Shown here one piece after another: positions 12,709-24,648 of a stretch of DNA of 64,000 bases. Under the pieces are notes generated by a model, which saw only the letters and a list, made by a program, of their open reading frames with translations, was not told the DNA's origin and made no database searches. A program made the translations under genes and the position numbers. Every line of letters begins with the position of its first letter. Position 1 is the first letter of the stretch. The stretch covers positions 57,102,001 through 57,166,000 of the forward strand of contig OX597827.1 in the NCBI GenBank assembly GCA_951406725.2, written 5' to 3'. The stretch is from Octopus vulgaris. Its lineage: Eukaryota.

Positions 12709-13012
12709 TGGAGGCACATGGCCTAGTGGTTAGAGCAGCGGACTCGCGGTCGAGGGATCGCGGGTTCGAATCTCAGACCGAGCGATGTGTGTGTTTATGA
12801 GCGAAACACCTAAGCTCCACGCGGCTCCGGCAGAAGGTAATGGCGAACTTCTACTGACTCTTTCGCTACAACTTTCTCTCACTCTTTCTTTCTGCATCTT
12901 GTAGCTCACCTGCGACGTAACGGCGTACCGTCCAGATGGGGAACCTGTGCGTCAAGGAAACCAGGAAACCGGCCTTTATGAGCCAGGCATGGCTTGAGAA
13001 GGAACAAACAAC
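12709..13012 (+). mobile_element. tRNA-derived SINE family D with TSD, nested in a SINE B copy
   Basis: A-box TGGCCTAGTGG, B-box GGTTCGAATC, (CAA) tail, TSD AATCGTTAG at 12696-12704 and 13013-13021; SINE B body resumes 13013-13168. Confidence 0.85.
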
Positions 13013-13502
13013 AATCGTTAGCCCGCCAGACAAAACGCTTAGCGGATCAACGTCCCTTTTCATCCTTTTGTGGTCGATGAAATAAGTATCAGTTGAGTAC
13101 TGGGGTCGAAATAATCGACTAGCCTCCTTCCCCAAGGTTTCAAGCCTTGTTCCTATAATAGAAAAGATTATGTATGTATGTATGTATGTATGTATGTATG
13201 TATGTATGTATGTATGTATGTATGTATGTATGTATGTATGTATGTATGTATGTATGTATGTATGTATGTATGTATGCGCATGTATGTGTTTATGCATGTA
13301 TGTATGTATGTATGTATGTATGCGCATGTATGTGTTTATGCATGCATGTATGTATGTATGTATGTATGTATGTATGTATGTATGTATGTATGTATGTATG
13401 TGTGTATACATGTATAGCCACATAACATCCTTGCATGACATATATGTAACTACATCTTTGTACCTGCATGTGTGAGTGTGTATCTCTCTTTCTATCTTTC
13501 TT

Positions 13503-13539
<37 letters not shown>

Positions 13540-13649
13540 TAAAACATATACATGCGTATATATATATGTGTGTATGTGTGTGTATGTACACATATATACA
13601 TCCACACACATTTATATATGCATACATATGCAAATAGGCACATGAAAAT

Positions 13650-14520
13650 AGAGGTAACAAGGAGAGAGAGAGAGAGATGGAGATAGGGAGAGAGAGAAAG
13701 AAAGAAACAAAAGAGAAAGAGAAGGAAAGAAAGAAAGAAAGAGAGAGAGAAGGGAAGAAAGAGAGAGAGAGACAGAGAGTTTGAAAGAGATCTAACCCTC
13801 AAGTGTCATTCAACATTTTTAGCTAACAAAATTATACACAGAACAAGTAAAAGTGCATGCATATGTCGAAGTGGTGGGAGGTAGTTGGGAAGCAGTATGG
13901 ACAGAGAAAAAGAGTAAGAGGAAAAGTGGACAAAATAAGGAGGAAGGGACAGAGGAAGGGGATAGAATTTAATAATAGGAAGAGTGTGGGTGATAGATTG
14001 GTGTAACGCTAGAAGAGGAGGAGGAAGAAGAAGTAGAGAATGCAAAGAAGTAGGAGGAAAACCATGGGAGAAGTGGAGTTGGAGGTCGAGAATGAATAAT
14101 GAAACGAAAGAAGTGTTGGGAGGAGGAACGAAAAATTTGAAGAGAAATGAATGGAGAAGAGAAGAGAAAGACTTAAGAAGGAGATGGAAATTTGAAGAAC
14201 AGGAGTCGAGGGATTAAGGAATAATATAAAACACATGGAAAGGCAGAAGAGGCAGTAAGTGGAAAGAACAATCAAAATGACCTACAAAGTTTAAGAGGAA
14301 CTAAAGAAAGCTGGTGCAAGAATTAAGGATTTGGTTATGGAGAATAAAAGAATAAGACGAAGAGAAGTGAATTAAGAAAAAGAAAAAAATTAGGATTTGT
14401 TGTATGTGTACGGAATGGATATGCATGGCCTGGAAGGGATGATATTTGAAGTGAAGAAGAGAAGATGAGAACGAGGCAAAGGTTGTCTAAATGGGTGTAA
14501 GTTTAGGAGTTAGAGAAGCA
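13650..14520. repeat. purine-rich (GA) low-complexity region
   Basis: Strong A/G bias on the + strand with no coherent ORF. Confidence 0.7.
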
Positions 14521-14619
14521 CGTAAAGTTCAAGCAATGATATGTATATATGGGGGAACGAGAAAATGTGATGTCAGGTTTATTTTCAAGATAAGAGGATA
14601 TTCGTGGGCGCGTGTTTCT

Positions 14620-15016
14620 GTCCCAATAGCTGTCCGACATATCTCCGGACATTGACATTTACATGAAACTAAAGCGCTTCATGTCAAGAATGCAAGCCAT
14701 AAGCGACAAATCTGTCCCAGAGCACAAGTCTAACATACAGAAAATCAAGATCCCTAGGCAGAGGAACATTCTTATGAGATGACTGACAAAGATTGCAAAA
14801 TGCTTGAACACCTCAAAAGTAGAGACAAGTCCCGCCTGAAAAGAAAGCTGTTGGAGATTGAGAAAAGTCTGCATCAGTCCCATGAAAAAGGGAGGGCAGA
14901 TAAGGAAATCTGGGATATAGAAAATATTAAGTCAAACCCTAAAGTTTTCTTTAACTTTGCCAAAGAAACAGCCTCAGTACGCCACAAGATAGGTCCCCTC
15001 CTACAAGAGGATGGCT
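14620..15016 (+). mobile_element. LINE ORF2 fragment (CR1/L2-type EN-RT linker)
   Basis: IENIKSNPKVFFNFAK...KIGPLLQEDG motif in ORF 14779. Confidence 0.7.
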
Positions 15017-15080
15017 CACACACACACATACATGCACTTACACACTTGTGCGTATGTATGTATGTATGTATGTATGTATG

Positions 15081-15167
<87 letters not shown>

Positions 15168-15216
15168 AAAAAAAGTCAAGGTAGAAAATGCTAAAATAAT
15201 TTTATAAAAAACATTT

Positions 15217-15252
15217 CAGTACCGGTTTCAGTAATTGAGACTTTTTCAACTG
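15217..15252 (-). ncRNA. minimal hammerhead ribozyme, U3-A8 variant
   Basis: CAG-TTGAAAA-AGT(ctcaatt)ACT-GAA-ACCGGT-A-CTG; palindromic stem III. Confidence 0.7.
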
Positions 15253-15382
15253 TAAGTATGGAAAACAATTAAATTTTGGAAAAATTAAAAGAAAAGTTTT
15301 TTAAAAGAATATTTGCATAGTGTTCAAATATAAGGGGCATTTCCCTTGTTTTTGCCTGTTTCTGTCTCTCTTGGTTACTCCT

Positions 15383-15444
<62 letters not shown>

Positions 15445-15521
15445 ATAGGGAGAGGGGGAGAAGAGCAGTTAAGAAAACCCAACTCCATACGTACATACTA
15501 CGATCTTCAGTTGTATAGTCC

Positions 15522-15621
15522 ATACAACTGAAGATCGTAGTATGCACTTATTTAAATTAAATTGATCTTTTAAGAATTGATTTATTTAGTTTGTGCATTA
15601 AACGTGAAACTAGTTTTGTAT
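15522..15621 (+). ncRNA. type I hammerhead ribozyme with long stem II
   Basis: ATACAA-CTGAAGA-tCG..ATGCAC../..GTGCAT..CGt-GAA-ACTAGT-T-TTGTAT; 6-bp stem I, intact core, GUU cleavage triplet. Confidence 0.75.
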
Positions 15622-15791
15622 TAACCACGCCGATCTTAAAGTAGACTTCCTTTATCTCGCTCGCCTTTGATTATTTTCGCGCCAAGGAGGAATGCCCTTG
15701 CTTTATTTAAAAGCAACGGCCATTCAGCACGCATGGAGTTGGGTTTTTTTAACTTCTCTTCTCCCCCGCTCTATATCTTTATATATGTGTT

Positions 15792-16178
15792 GGCGTAGGA
15801 GTGGCTGTGAGGTAAGTAGCTTGCTTGCGAACCACACGGTTCCGGGTTCAGTTCCACTGCGTGACACCTTGGACAAGTGTCTTCTACTATAGCCTCGGGC
15901 CGACCAAAGCCTTGTGAGTAGATTTGGTAGACGGAAACTAAACGAAGCCCGACGTATATATGTATGTGGATGTATATGTTTGTGTGTCTGTGTTTGTCCC
16001 TTCCCCCCAACATCGCTTGAAAACCGATGGTGGTGTGTTTACGTCTTCGTAACTTAGCGGTTTGGCAATAAGTACTAGGCTTACAAAGAATAAGTCCTGG
16101 GGTGATTTGCTCGACTAAAGGTGGCGCTCCAGCATGGCCACAGTAAAAAATGACTGAAACAAGTAAAAGAGTAAAAGA
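15792..16178 (+). mobile_element. SINE family A, full length
   Basis: Colinear with 80-523. Confidence 0.85.
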
Positions 16179-16182
16179 ATAC

Positions 16183-16213
<31 letters not shown>

Positions 16214-16224
16214 CATACATACAT

Positions 16225-16285
<61 letters not shown>

Positions 16286-16384
16286 AATTTGCCGCCCTCG
16301 GCCCATCGACCGATTAGGAGCGTATTCGAATATGAACGAGGAAGTATGACTTCTCTCTCTTTTACTATTTTAATATATATATAT

Positions 16385-16775
16385 TGAAATAGGAAAATTT
16401 CAAGAGGACTTTCTTTGTATACTTTCGTCTTACCCGGTGCTAAGCCCTTTAACTAGCATGTTAAGCTATAATGGACTCTGCTACAAATGCTATGAGAAGA
16501 CAATCATTAATTTGAGAGTGTTCAACTGTTTGGACAATCTCAACTTGTATGCTGCGAATGATAGACAGCAAGAAACACTAGAGCAAACAATACACGCATT
16601 TACTACTGGAATTGGTATGAGATTTAGATGAGGAAATGTATAAAGATAAATTTGACGGAAGGAAAAATTAATTAAAACTACTGATTCTATGTAAGATAAA
16701 GAAAGGAAGATTAGAAAATTAAACGAAACACCGACTTATAAATACTTAGGAATCAATGAACTAGACAGAGTAGGA
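16385..16775 (+). mobile_element. R4-like reverse transcriptase fragment, highly decayed
   Basis: LSPL, LDNLNLYAAND (degenerate YMDDLKLYA), GIGMRF, YKYLGI. Confidence 0.65.
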
Positions 16776-16828
16776 CTGAATTTTATAGACACGTTAGATT
16801 AATATTTAACATTAGAGCTAAATGAATG

Positions 16829-16906
<78 letters not shown>

Positions 16907-16947
16907 GTGGTAGTAGTAGTACTAGTAGTAATAATAATCATAATAAA

Positions 16948-16987
<40 letters not shown>

Positions 16988-16989
16988 GT

Positions 16990-17195
16990 TTCAAATTTTG
17001 GTAGAAGGCTAACAAGTTCGTGGGTGGATGTAAGTCGAGTGCATCGAACTCAACTTGTAGCCATGTTATCGATGTTATCGACCCGCTAGGGATGAAAAGC
17101 AAAGTCGACCTCGGCAGAATTTGAATTCAGAACGTGAAGACGGACGAAATATCGCTAATCATTTTACCCGGCGTGCTGACGATCCTGCCAGCTAT
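16990..17195 (-). mobile_element. SINE family B copy in (AAT)n
   Basis: GATGAAAAGCAAAGTCGACCTCGGCAGAATTTGAATTCAGAACG. Confidence 0.75.
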
Positions 17196-17223
17196 CCCAC
17201 TCCACCTAATAATAATAATAATG

Positions 17224-17278
<55 letters not shown>

Positions 17279-17319
17279 CAACAACAACAACAACAATAAT
17301 AGTAATAAAAAAGACTCTA

Positions 17320-18270
17320 ATGACAAAATTACAAGACAACACCATTAGATCACTGTGGAATAATGGAGTGTGCAAATATCAAGGGTTGCTGCAAAACGAT
17401 AACTTAATGGAAGGAGAAATAAGAGAGAAAATCGTTTAATAGTACAAAAGGAGAATGAGTAAAGTACTTGAAGTAAAATTAAATGGGCAAAAAATACATA
17501 GGCTATGCCAGCATAGAGATACTCTACTCTCTTTCTAAAATGGACAAAGGTCGAGCAATAGAACTTTGACAGAGGAACTAGAAAGCTTCTCACAATGTAC
17601 AACACACTTGGCCCTATAATTAATACCGACAAACTCCAACTACCAAGAAGTTAAGGAGGCAGAAAATTACTAAACTCAGAAGACACCATTAGTACCGCGG
17701 TATTGGGGTTGAAAAGTTGTTTTGCGGAGTGAAGGAATAATATCATTGGCAGGTAGAGATACCCCCAAAGTAATTGAAACTGTAGGAGAATTCAAGAAGA
17801 GACAGAAGAACAACACAAAAAGGAAATGGGAAGAAATGGAATTACCTTGCAAGTTCATGCAACAAACAGATGTTGGAAATAAAGAACGCTTGTTATGGCT
17901 GACGGATGAAAACCGGAACCGAGAGTTCGAAACACTAATTATAGCCGCTCAGGTATTAGCCATAAAAAACGAATCTGATAAAGGCAAAGATCAACAAAAC
18001 TCAGTCAGACAGCAAATGTAAAATCTATCGAAAAGGAGACGAAAGTATCACTCATAAAAAGAGTATAAGTGCAGGCATGAGTATGTTGGTAAAGGAGTGA
18101 CTTGGTATATTAGCCGAATATGTGGCTTCGAAATAACAGGGAAGTGGTATGAACACGAACCAGAAGCTCTGGGAGAGAATAAGAATTGCAGGACCGTTTG
18201 GAACTTCATCTTGAAGACTGACCACACCAAGGAAGAAAGATTAGATATGATTATCAAGGACAAAACAAAT
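17320..18270 (+). mobile_element. R4/Dong-like retrotransposon remnant
   Basis: CKYQGLLQND, ETLIIAAQVLAI, ICGFEITGKWYEHEPE, VWNFILKTD...RLDMII; many disruptions. Confidence 0.75.
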
Positions 18271-18368
18271 TGTGTAGTGCTCCAGCATGGACGCAGCTCA
18301 CGAGATGAAACTTGTTAAAAAGTTAAAGAGTTATCGTAGACTTCAACGGAATTTGAGCTCAGAACGTA

Positions 18369-18438
<70 letters not shown>

Positions 18439-18439
<1 letters not shown>

Positions 18440-18924
18440 CATTGCTTTGTCTTGGTATAAAAGATGGGCTACAGCAAATATTCTGCTCAATACCACAGAT
18501 TTGCTTGTCAGTTGTTTGCCCTTAAGCAGTTGAGCATGTCCCTTAGTGGCTGACGATATGTGCATCTCTGATCATGAGCAGAAGTAGTGAGGGAGCGTCA
18601 TAGCCATGTGTTGAGAGGGATTTTTGGGGGGTTTGAATAATTCACCTCTGGAAATATGAGTGTTTCGCTCAACATCCTTAAACAACCCTTATTCGGGGAC
18701 CTTTTAAGCGAGATGGGTTACTCGACCAGAAGAAAATTCTAACTGGGCCCTACCTGCAAGGTCATGTGCTGTTTATCTTGATATGAGATCACCATGTCAT
18801 GTACATATGGATGTGGTGCATGTGCCTGGTGAACCCTTATCAGACGGTTAGTCATGATGGGTATACTGGGCTTCGCATATTTTACCCCAGTGTCACTTTG
18901 ATGGCATGCACTGCTCTCTCACTC
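18439..18924 (+). mobile_element. family C element, 5'-truncated, in (AAT)n
   Basis: Colinear with 7855-8340. Confidence 0.85.
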
Positions 18925-19002
<78 letters not shown>

Positions 19003-19020
19003 AAGAAGAAGAAGAAGAAA

Positions 19021-19073
<53 letters not shown>

Positions 19074-19573
19074 GAGGAGCAACAACTGCTAGTTGGAAAC
19101 AAGAGGAAACACAATAACAATAGCCGTAGAAGCAGCAGCATTTGCGAGAATGTTGTTGAACTCTGACAAAATGATGTAGGTATAATATTGTTAAACATAT
19201 TGATTGATTATAGAATTCATACTGACAGTTCAAACGCCTTTCCAAGAGCAACTTAGCCATGTTTGATAAAAAAAAATTCTCCCGAGTTACCGATATATGT
19301 GTGTGTGTTGTGTGTTTGTATGTGTATGGGTGTGTGTGGGGGCGTGTATACATGTATGTTTATGTATGTTGATATGTATGTGTGTGCATGTATATGTATG
19401 TGTATGCGTGTATGTATACATGTGTACGGAAACATATACAAGGTTAGTAAGTCAGACAAACAGACAGACAGTCTTGCAGATAGAAAGATGGAGAGAGGGA
19501 GAGAGAGAGGGAGAAAGAGACAGCCAGACAGACAGCTTGATAGATAGACAGACAGACAAATAGACAGACAGAC

Positions 19574-19604
<31 letters not shown>

Positions 19605-19605
19605 C

Positions 19606-19671
<66 letters not shown>

Positions 19672-19747
19672 GGAGAGATAGGAGGAAGATAAAATGAGTG
19701 AACAATAGTGAATGTGCTGGGAATAATGGAATTAAAGAAGTTTGGGT

Positions 19748-19838
<91 letters not shown>

Positions 19839-20190
19839 ACACCACACACGCACACACACATACAATCTCACATACAATCTCATACAATCTCACATGCTAC
19901 TGTCCGACTAATGGAATCTCTCATTACCCTTAATCTATTCAGAGTCTGCTAAACTGGCGTTACATGGAACTTAACACAAATTTTCTCAAATGCGGTAGCA
20001 CAGAAATGAATGAAAATGATTGGGAAAGAGGAATACGAGAAAATACACTAGAAGTGGGATGTGAGGGTTGGGTGAGCGGAAAGTGAATGGGAGTGGGATT
20101 GTAAGGAAATGTGAAACATGAAGGAGAAGACAGAAGATATGGAAACGTGATAAATGGGAAGTGAATTTGGCTATGATAATGTAGATGATA

Positions 20191-20486
20191 TCTTTATATA
20201 TAAAAGTCAAGTTGTGTGTCTATCTCCTACGATTTAGATTCCTAACTACTCCCACATTTTGCGGTGCAGTTTAACCAAAACCGGGTATCTTATAGTCGTG
20301 ATTCATATCGAGACCTTCTGGGTATTAACGCACGTCTACGATGAGTCTACGATTTAAAAAAAAATTTACCATAATTTTTTTCCCATTTTTAATGCATTTT
20401 TTTGCTATATTTTGGCTATAACTCTCTAAAAATGTTTATATAGTTATTTCCCTTACAAACCCGAGCAACGCCGGGCGATACTGCTA

Positions 20487-20487
<1 letters not shown>
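20191..20487 (+). mobile_element. non-autonomous Helitron
   Basis: A|TCTTTATATATAAAA 5' end; subterminal hairpin CCCGAGCAACGCCGGG; CTAG|T 3' end. Confidence 0.85.
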
Positions 20488-20540
<53 letters not shown>

Positions 20541-20805
20541 TTATATATGTGTCTACGTGTATGTGCGTTTGTGTGTGCGTATTTAGCAACAACACGACAG
20601 ACAGAGAAGATGTTCTTGAAGTCAAGAATGTGAACTTACGGAGACAATATTTACATATCGCCCGAGGAAACACAACTCGATCTCATGATGAAGTTGCATA
20701 ATCGAGTACCTACTTGTCTGCAGACCAAGTTGCGTGGAAACAATTGTAGTGATTAAAAAATAAATGTCCAACCATACTCCTTCTTGTTGACTCCCAAAGG
20801 TTTTT

Positions 20806-20872
<67 letters not shown>

Positions 20873-20874
<2 letters not shown>

Positions 20875-21310
20875 TATATAAAACTGAGAATATGTGTCTG
20901 TCTGTCTGTGTGTTTCCCTAAAACTTGAGAACTACACAACCAATTTCATTCAAATTTTACACATGCCTTACTTAGGGTCCATGTAGTTTCATGGGCAAAA
21001 AAATGTTCAACTTCTTGCCTAGAGCGAGCACATAGCAATATCATATCTTCTCCACTATTTCAGTATTACGTGTTAAAAGTAAAACAAAAACATTTCTCTA
21101 TTTTATGTCAGATACTTTCACTTTAACAATAAAAATAATAACAATTGAATTATATGTAGTAAGTAATAATTAAAATCAAACTAAAGTATAATATAATCGT
21201 AAGATAACAAAAGTAAAAATAGCAATTGGTATAAAATTGCATCAATGACTTGAACTTGAATAAGTGATATCACATGAATGGGAATAAATTAAAAATAAAA
21301 TTAGCGTGCA
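20873..21310 (+). mobile_element. Helitron-like non-autonomous element, 5' part
   Basis: TATATAAAA..TGTCTGTCTGTCTG..AACTAC..ACCAATTTCATTCAAATT; second copy at 24895-25270. Confidence 0.6.
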
Positions 21311-21390
21311 GAAATGGAATAGTCCAGATGGATAATAAAAAATTAAATTAAAGAAAAGACTATTGTCTATAAAGTATACGATGTAGAGAA

Positions 21391-21730
21391 TAAAGATTTG
21401 AACACCTGGAGGAAAGCACCATCGAAAAGTATCTTAGTGCGACTATGAAAGATATCTAACCAGAGGCGGTAAATTCGCCACAATAGAAGCAAGGTTCGAG
21501 TCAACGGAGCGTGCAAGGGAGTACTCGACTCGAACTTGCAAAGTGGAAATATTTTATTTTTACCTTTATATCTGGGACGTAGGACGTGCCGGATAAAAAT
21601 TTTAAATGCCCCCCTCCCCGAAGTAGAGGTAGGCTGGATTGTAGCCACACTTCTATACATGAGGGAGGACAAGACACAATTGATCGAAATTGCAAGAGAC
21701 GGGCCTACAATATATATATATATATACTAG

Positions 21731-21810
<80 letters not shown>

Positions 21811-22310
21811 TAGCATTATGACCCGTCGTTGCCGGGCCATAGTGCTAGTGCATGTACATATGTGTATATATATGTGTGTACATATTACATGTACATCTAT
21901 ATATATATATTCATCTACACATAAAATACAAAATACAAAGTTATATCTTGATATCGCTAGTGATAACAATACTCAAAATATATAACAGACTGGAATTGTA
22001 GGCCCGTCTCTTGCAATTTCGATCAATTGTGTCTTGTCCTCCCTCATGTATAGAAGTGTGGCTACAATCCAACCTACCTCTACTTCGGGGAGGGGGGTAT
22101 TTAAAATTTTTATCCGGCACGTCCTACGTCCCAGATATAAAGGTAAAAATAAAATATTTCCACTTTGCAAGTTCAAATCGAGTACTCCCTTCCACGCTCC
22201 GTTGACTCGAACCTTGCTCCTATTGTGGCGAATTTACCGCCTCTGGTTAGATATCTTTCATAGTCGCACTAAGATACTTTTCGATGGTGCTTTCCTCCAG
22301 GTGTTCAAAT

Positions 22311-22315
<5 letters not shown>
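21391..22315. repeat. ~320-bp inverted repeat (21391-21711 / 21995-22315)
   Basis: Arms are reverse complements with a handful of substitutions; mirrored ORFs 21367-21672(-) and 22034-22393(+). Confidence 0.95.
21809..21849. mobile_element. palindromic Helitron-type 3' terminus
   Basis: ACTAGCATTATGACCCG-tcgttgc-CGGGCCATAGTGCTAGT. Confidence 0.55.
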
Positions 22316-22380
<65 letters not shown>

Positions 22381-22426
22381 CCTTCTTTCCTGAGCGTCCA
22401 ATAATACTATACTTGTTCCAGATTAA

Positions 22427-22467
<41 letters not shown>

Positions 22468-22516
22468 TAGATAGATAAGAAAGTTGGTTTGTGAAAGCAC
22501 GTGGGTGAATATATAA

Positions 22517-22911
22517 AAAATAGTAAAGAGTGAAAAAACGACAGAAGGCTTAAATGTTAAAAAATATATATATTTGCGTCAATATGTCTGAAGAATATTA
22601 GAAAATTTTTAAACAAATTTTTTTCCTTTATAATGACATAATTTTTAATGAAAGACCGGTTTCGCATTTAGCTTTTCAAATTTCTTGTGACGTTATGTTT
22701 ATGTAAGGATAACTCTATTAAACATAAACATAACGTCACAAGAAATTTGAAAAGCTAAATGCGAAACCGGTCTTTCTTTAAAAATTATGTCATTATAAAG
22801 GAAAAAAATTTGTTTAAAAATTTTCTAATATTCTTCAGACATATTGACACAAATATATATATTTTTTAACATTTAAGCCTTCTGTCGTTTTTTTTCACTC
22901 TTTACTATTTT
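22517..22911. repeat. ~190-bp-arm hairpin, Penelope-like pLTR inversion, one hammerhead variant per arm
   Basis: Arms 22517-22704 and 22722-22911; AAGAAA-t-TTGAAAA-GC(taaat)GC-GAA-ACCGGT-C-TTTCTT at 22740-22778(+), mirrored at about 22648-22686(-). Confidence 0.85.
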
Positions 22912-22929
22912 ATATATATATATATATAT

Positions 22930-23140
22930 ATATATCTTTCCTTCTTTCCTGAGCGTCCAATAATACTATACTTGTTCCAGGTCCTCGCGTTGTGTTTTCT
23001 CTTTGTGTTTTCATATTTGGATTAACTTTATATATATAAAGTTAATCCAAATATGAAAACACAAAGAGAAAACACAACGCGAAAACCTGGAACAAGTATA
23101 GTATTATTGGACGCTCAGGAAAGAAGGAAAGATATATATA
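22930..23140. repeat. ~100-bp-arm palindrome centred on (TA)n
   Basis: CTTTCCTTCTTTCCTGAGCG...GATTAACTTTATATATATAAAGTTAATC...CGCTCAGGAAAGAAGGAAAG; partial copy at 22378-22421. Confidence 0.9.
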
Positions 23141-23280
23141 TATATATAAATATTTTAATCTTCGGATTCTTTTTTTAATATGCTAGACCACTGGTCTTAA
23201 TTGATAAATATCAATTTCTACCCTAAATTAATTATTGAGTACCTTATTTACTGTGGTTAACCCCGACTCAACCCGGGACC

Positions 23281-23335
<55 letters not shown>

Positions 23336-23557
23336 TCAATATAGGGTGGCAAAAAAAATTTTGTAGAATTTTTTTGCCACCAGCGGCCTAGTGGGAAAAA
23401 ATTAAATAGTCATAGACCATTTTTAAGTTCAACATCAACAATCAAGGAACGGCCATAATAGGCCATTCACCCACTAGAAATAACAGCCAAAGCTTCAACC
23501 GCAAATAAAAATTAATTCCGTAAACCAGGAGAAAATTTAAAAAACATTTACCCTGTA

Positions 23558-23664
23558 ATTTCTTATACGATGTACCGTTTCATCTGCTGATTAATGGTAA
23601 ACTAACCTGATTAAATTAAATCAAGCCAATCTTCCAAAGGCCCTCAGATTCTTCAGTAAGAAAT
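23558..23664 (-). ncRNA. type I hammerhead ribozyme, copy 1
   Basis: ATTTCTTA-CTGAAGA-ATCTG(58 nt)CAGAT-GAA-ACGG(taca)TCGT-A-TAAGAAAT; 8-bp stem I, intact core, GUA site; predicted cut 23566/23565. Confidence 0.9.
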
Positions 23665-24049
23665 AGCCCAAGTCGGAACAGATATTTTCACGAGGCATTT
23701 CCGACCTTGCCAAGGTTATATCTGACCTAAAATTTTCAAATCGTCGCACTCGCGCCAAATTTATCGGCAGCAAATAAATATAAGCCGTCGATTCCATTAC
23801 GGAATTAACCAGAAAATTCATAATTAATCAATATAGGGTGGCAAAAAAAATTTTGTAGAATTGTTTTGCCACCAGCGGCCTAGTGGAAAAAAATTAAATA
23901 GTCATAGACCATTTTTAAGTTCAACATCAACAATCAAGGAACGGCCATAATAGGCCATTCACCCACTAGAAATAACAGCCAAAGCTTCAACCGCAAATAA
24001 AAATTAATTCCGTAAACCAGGAGAAAATTTAAAAAACATTTACCCTGTA

Positions 24050-24156
24050 ATTTCTTATACGATGTACCGTTTCATCTGCTGATTAATGGTAAACTAACCT
24101 GATTAAATTAAATCAAGCCAATCTTCCAAAGGCCCTCAGATTCTTCAGTAAGAAAT
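24050..24156 (-). ncRNA. type I hammerhead ribozyme, copy 2
   Basis: Same sequence as copy 1, offset 492. Confidence 0.9.
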
Positions 24157-24541
24157 AGCCCAAGTCGGAACAGATATTTTCACGAGGCATTTCCGACCTT
24201 GCCAAGGTTATATCTGACCTAAAATTTTCAAATCGTCGCACTCGCGCCAAATTTATCGGCAGCAAATAAATATAAGCCGTCGATTCCATTACGGAATTAA
24301 CCAGAAAATTCATAATTAATCAATATAGGGTGGCAAAAAAAATTTTGTAGAATTGTTTTGCCACCAGCGGCCTAGTGGGAAAAAATTAAATAGTCATAGA
24401 CCATTTTTAAGTTCAACATCAACAATCAAGGAACGGCCATAATAGGCCATTCACCCACTAGAAATAACAGCCAAAGCTTCAACCGCAAATAAAAATTAAT
24501 TCCGTAAACCAGGAGAAAATTTAAAAAACATTTACCCTGTA

Positions 24542-24648
24542 ATTTCTTATACGATGTACCGTTTCATCTGCTGATTAATGGTAAACTAACCTGATTAAAT
24601 TAAATCAAGCCAATCTTCCAAAGGCCCTCAGATTCTTCAGTAAGAAAT
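24542..24648 (-). ncRNA. type I hammerhead ribozyme, copy 3
   Basis: Same sequence as copy 1, offset 984. Confidence 0.9.

Noticed and set aside
12709-12785. tRNA gene
   Set aside because: A/B boxes run straight into a SINE body with a TSD, and no acceptor-stem 3' half is evident; the same holds at 45680-45748 and 58020-58092
21405-21465. Hammerhead in the 320-bp inverted arm
   Set aside because: Palindromic GAAAGATATCTA is present but no stem I partner lies next to a valid core
23621-24313. Repeated 66-aa minus-strand ORF in the 492-bp unit
   Set aside because: Short, no recognisable motif, and it runs through the ribozyme core; its recurrence just reflects the tandem repeat
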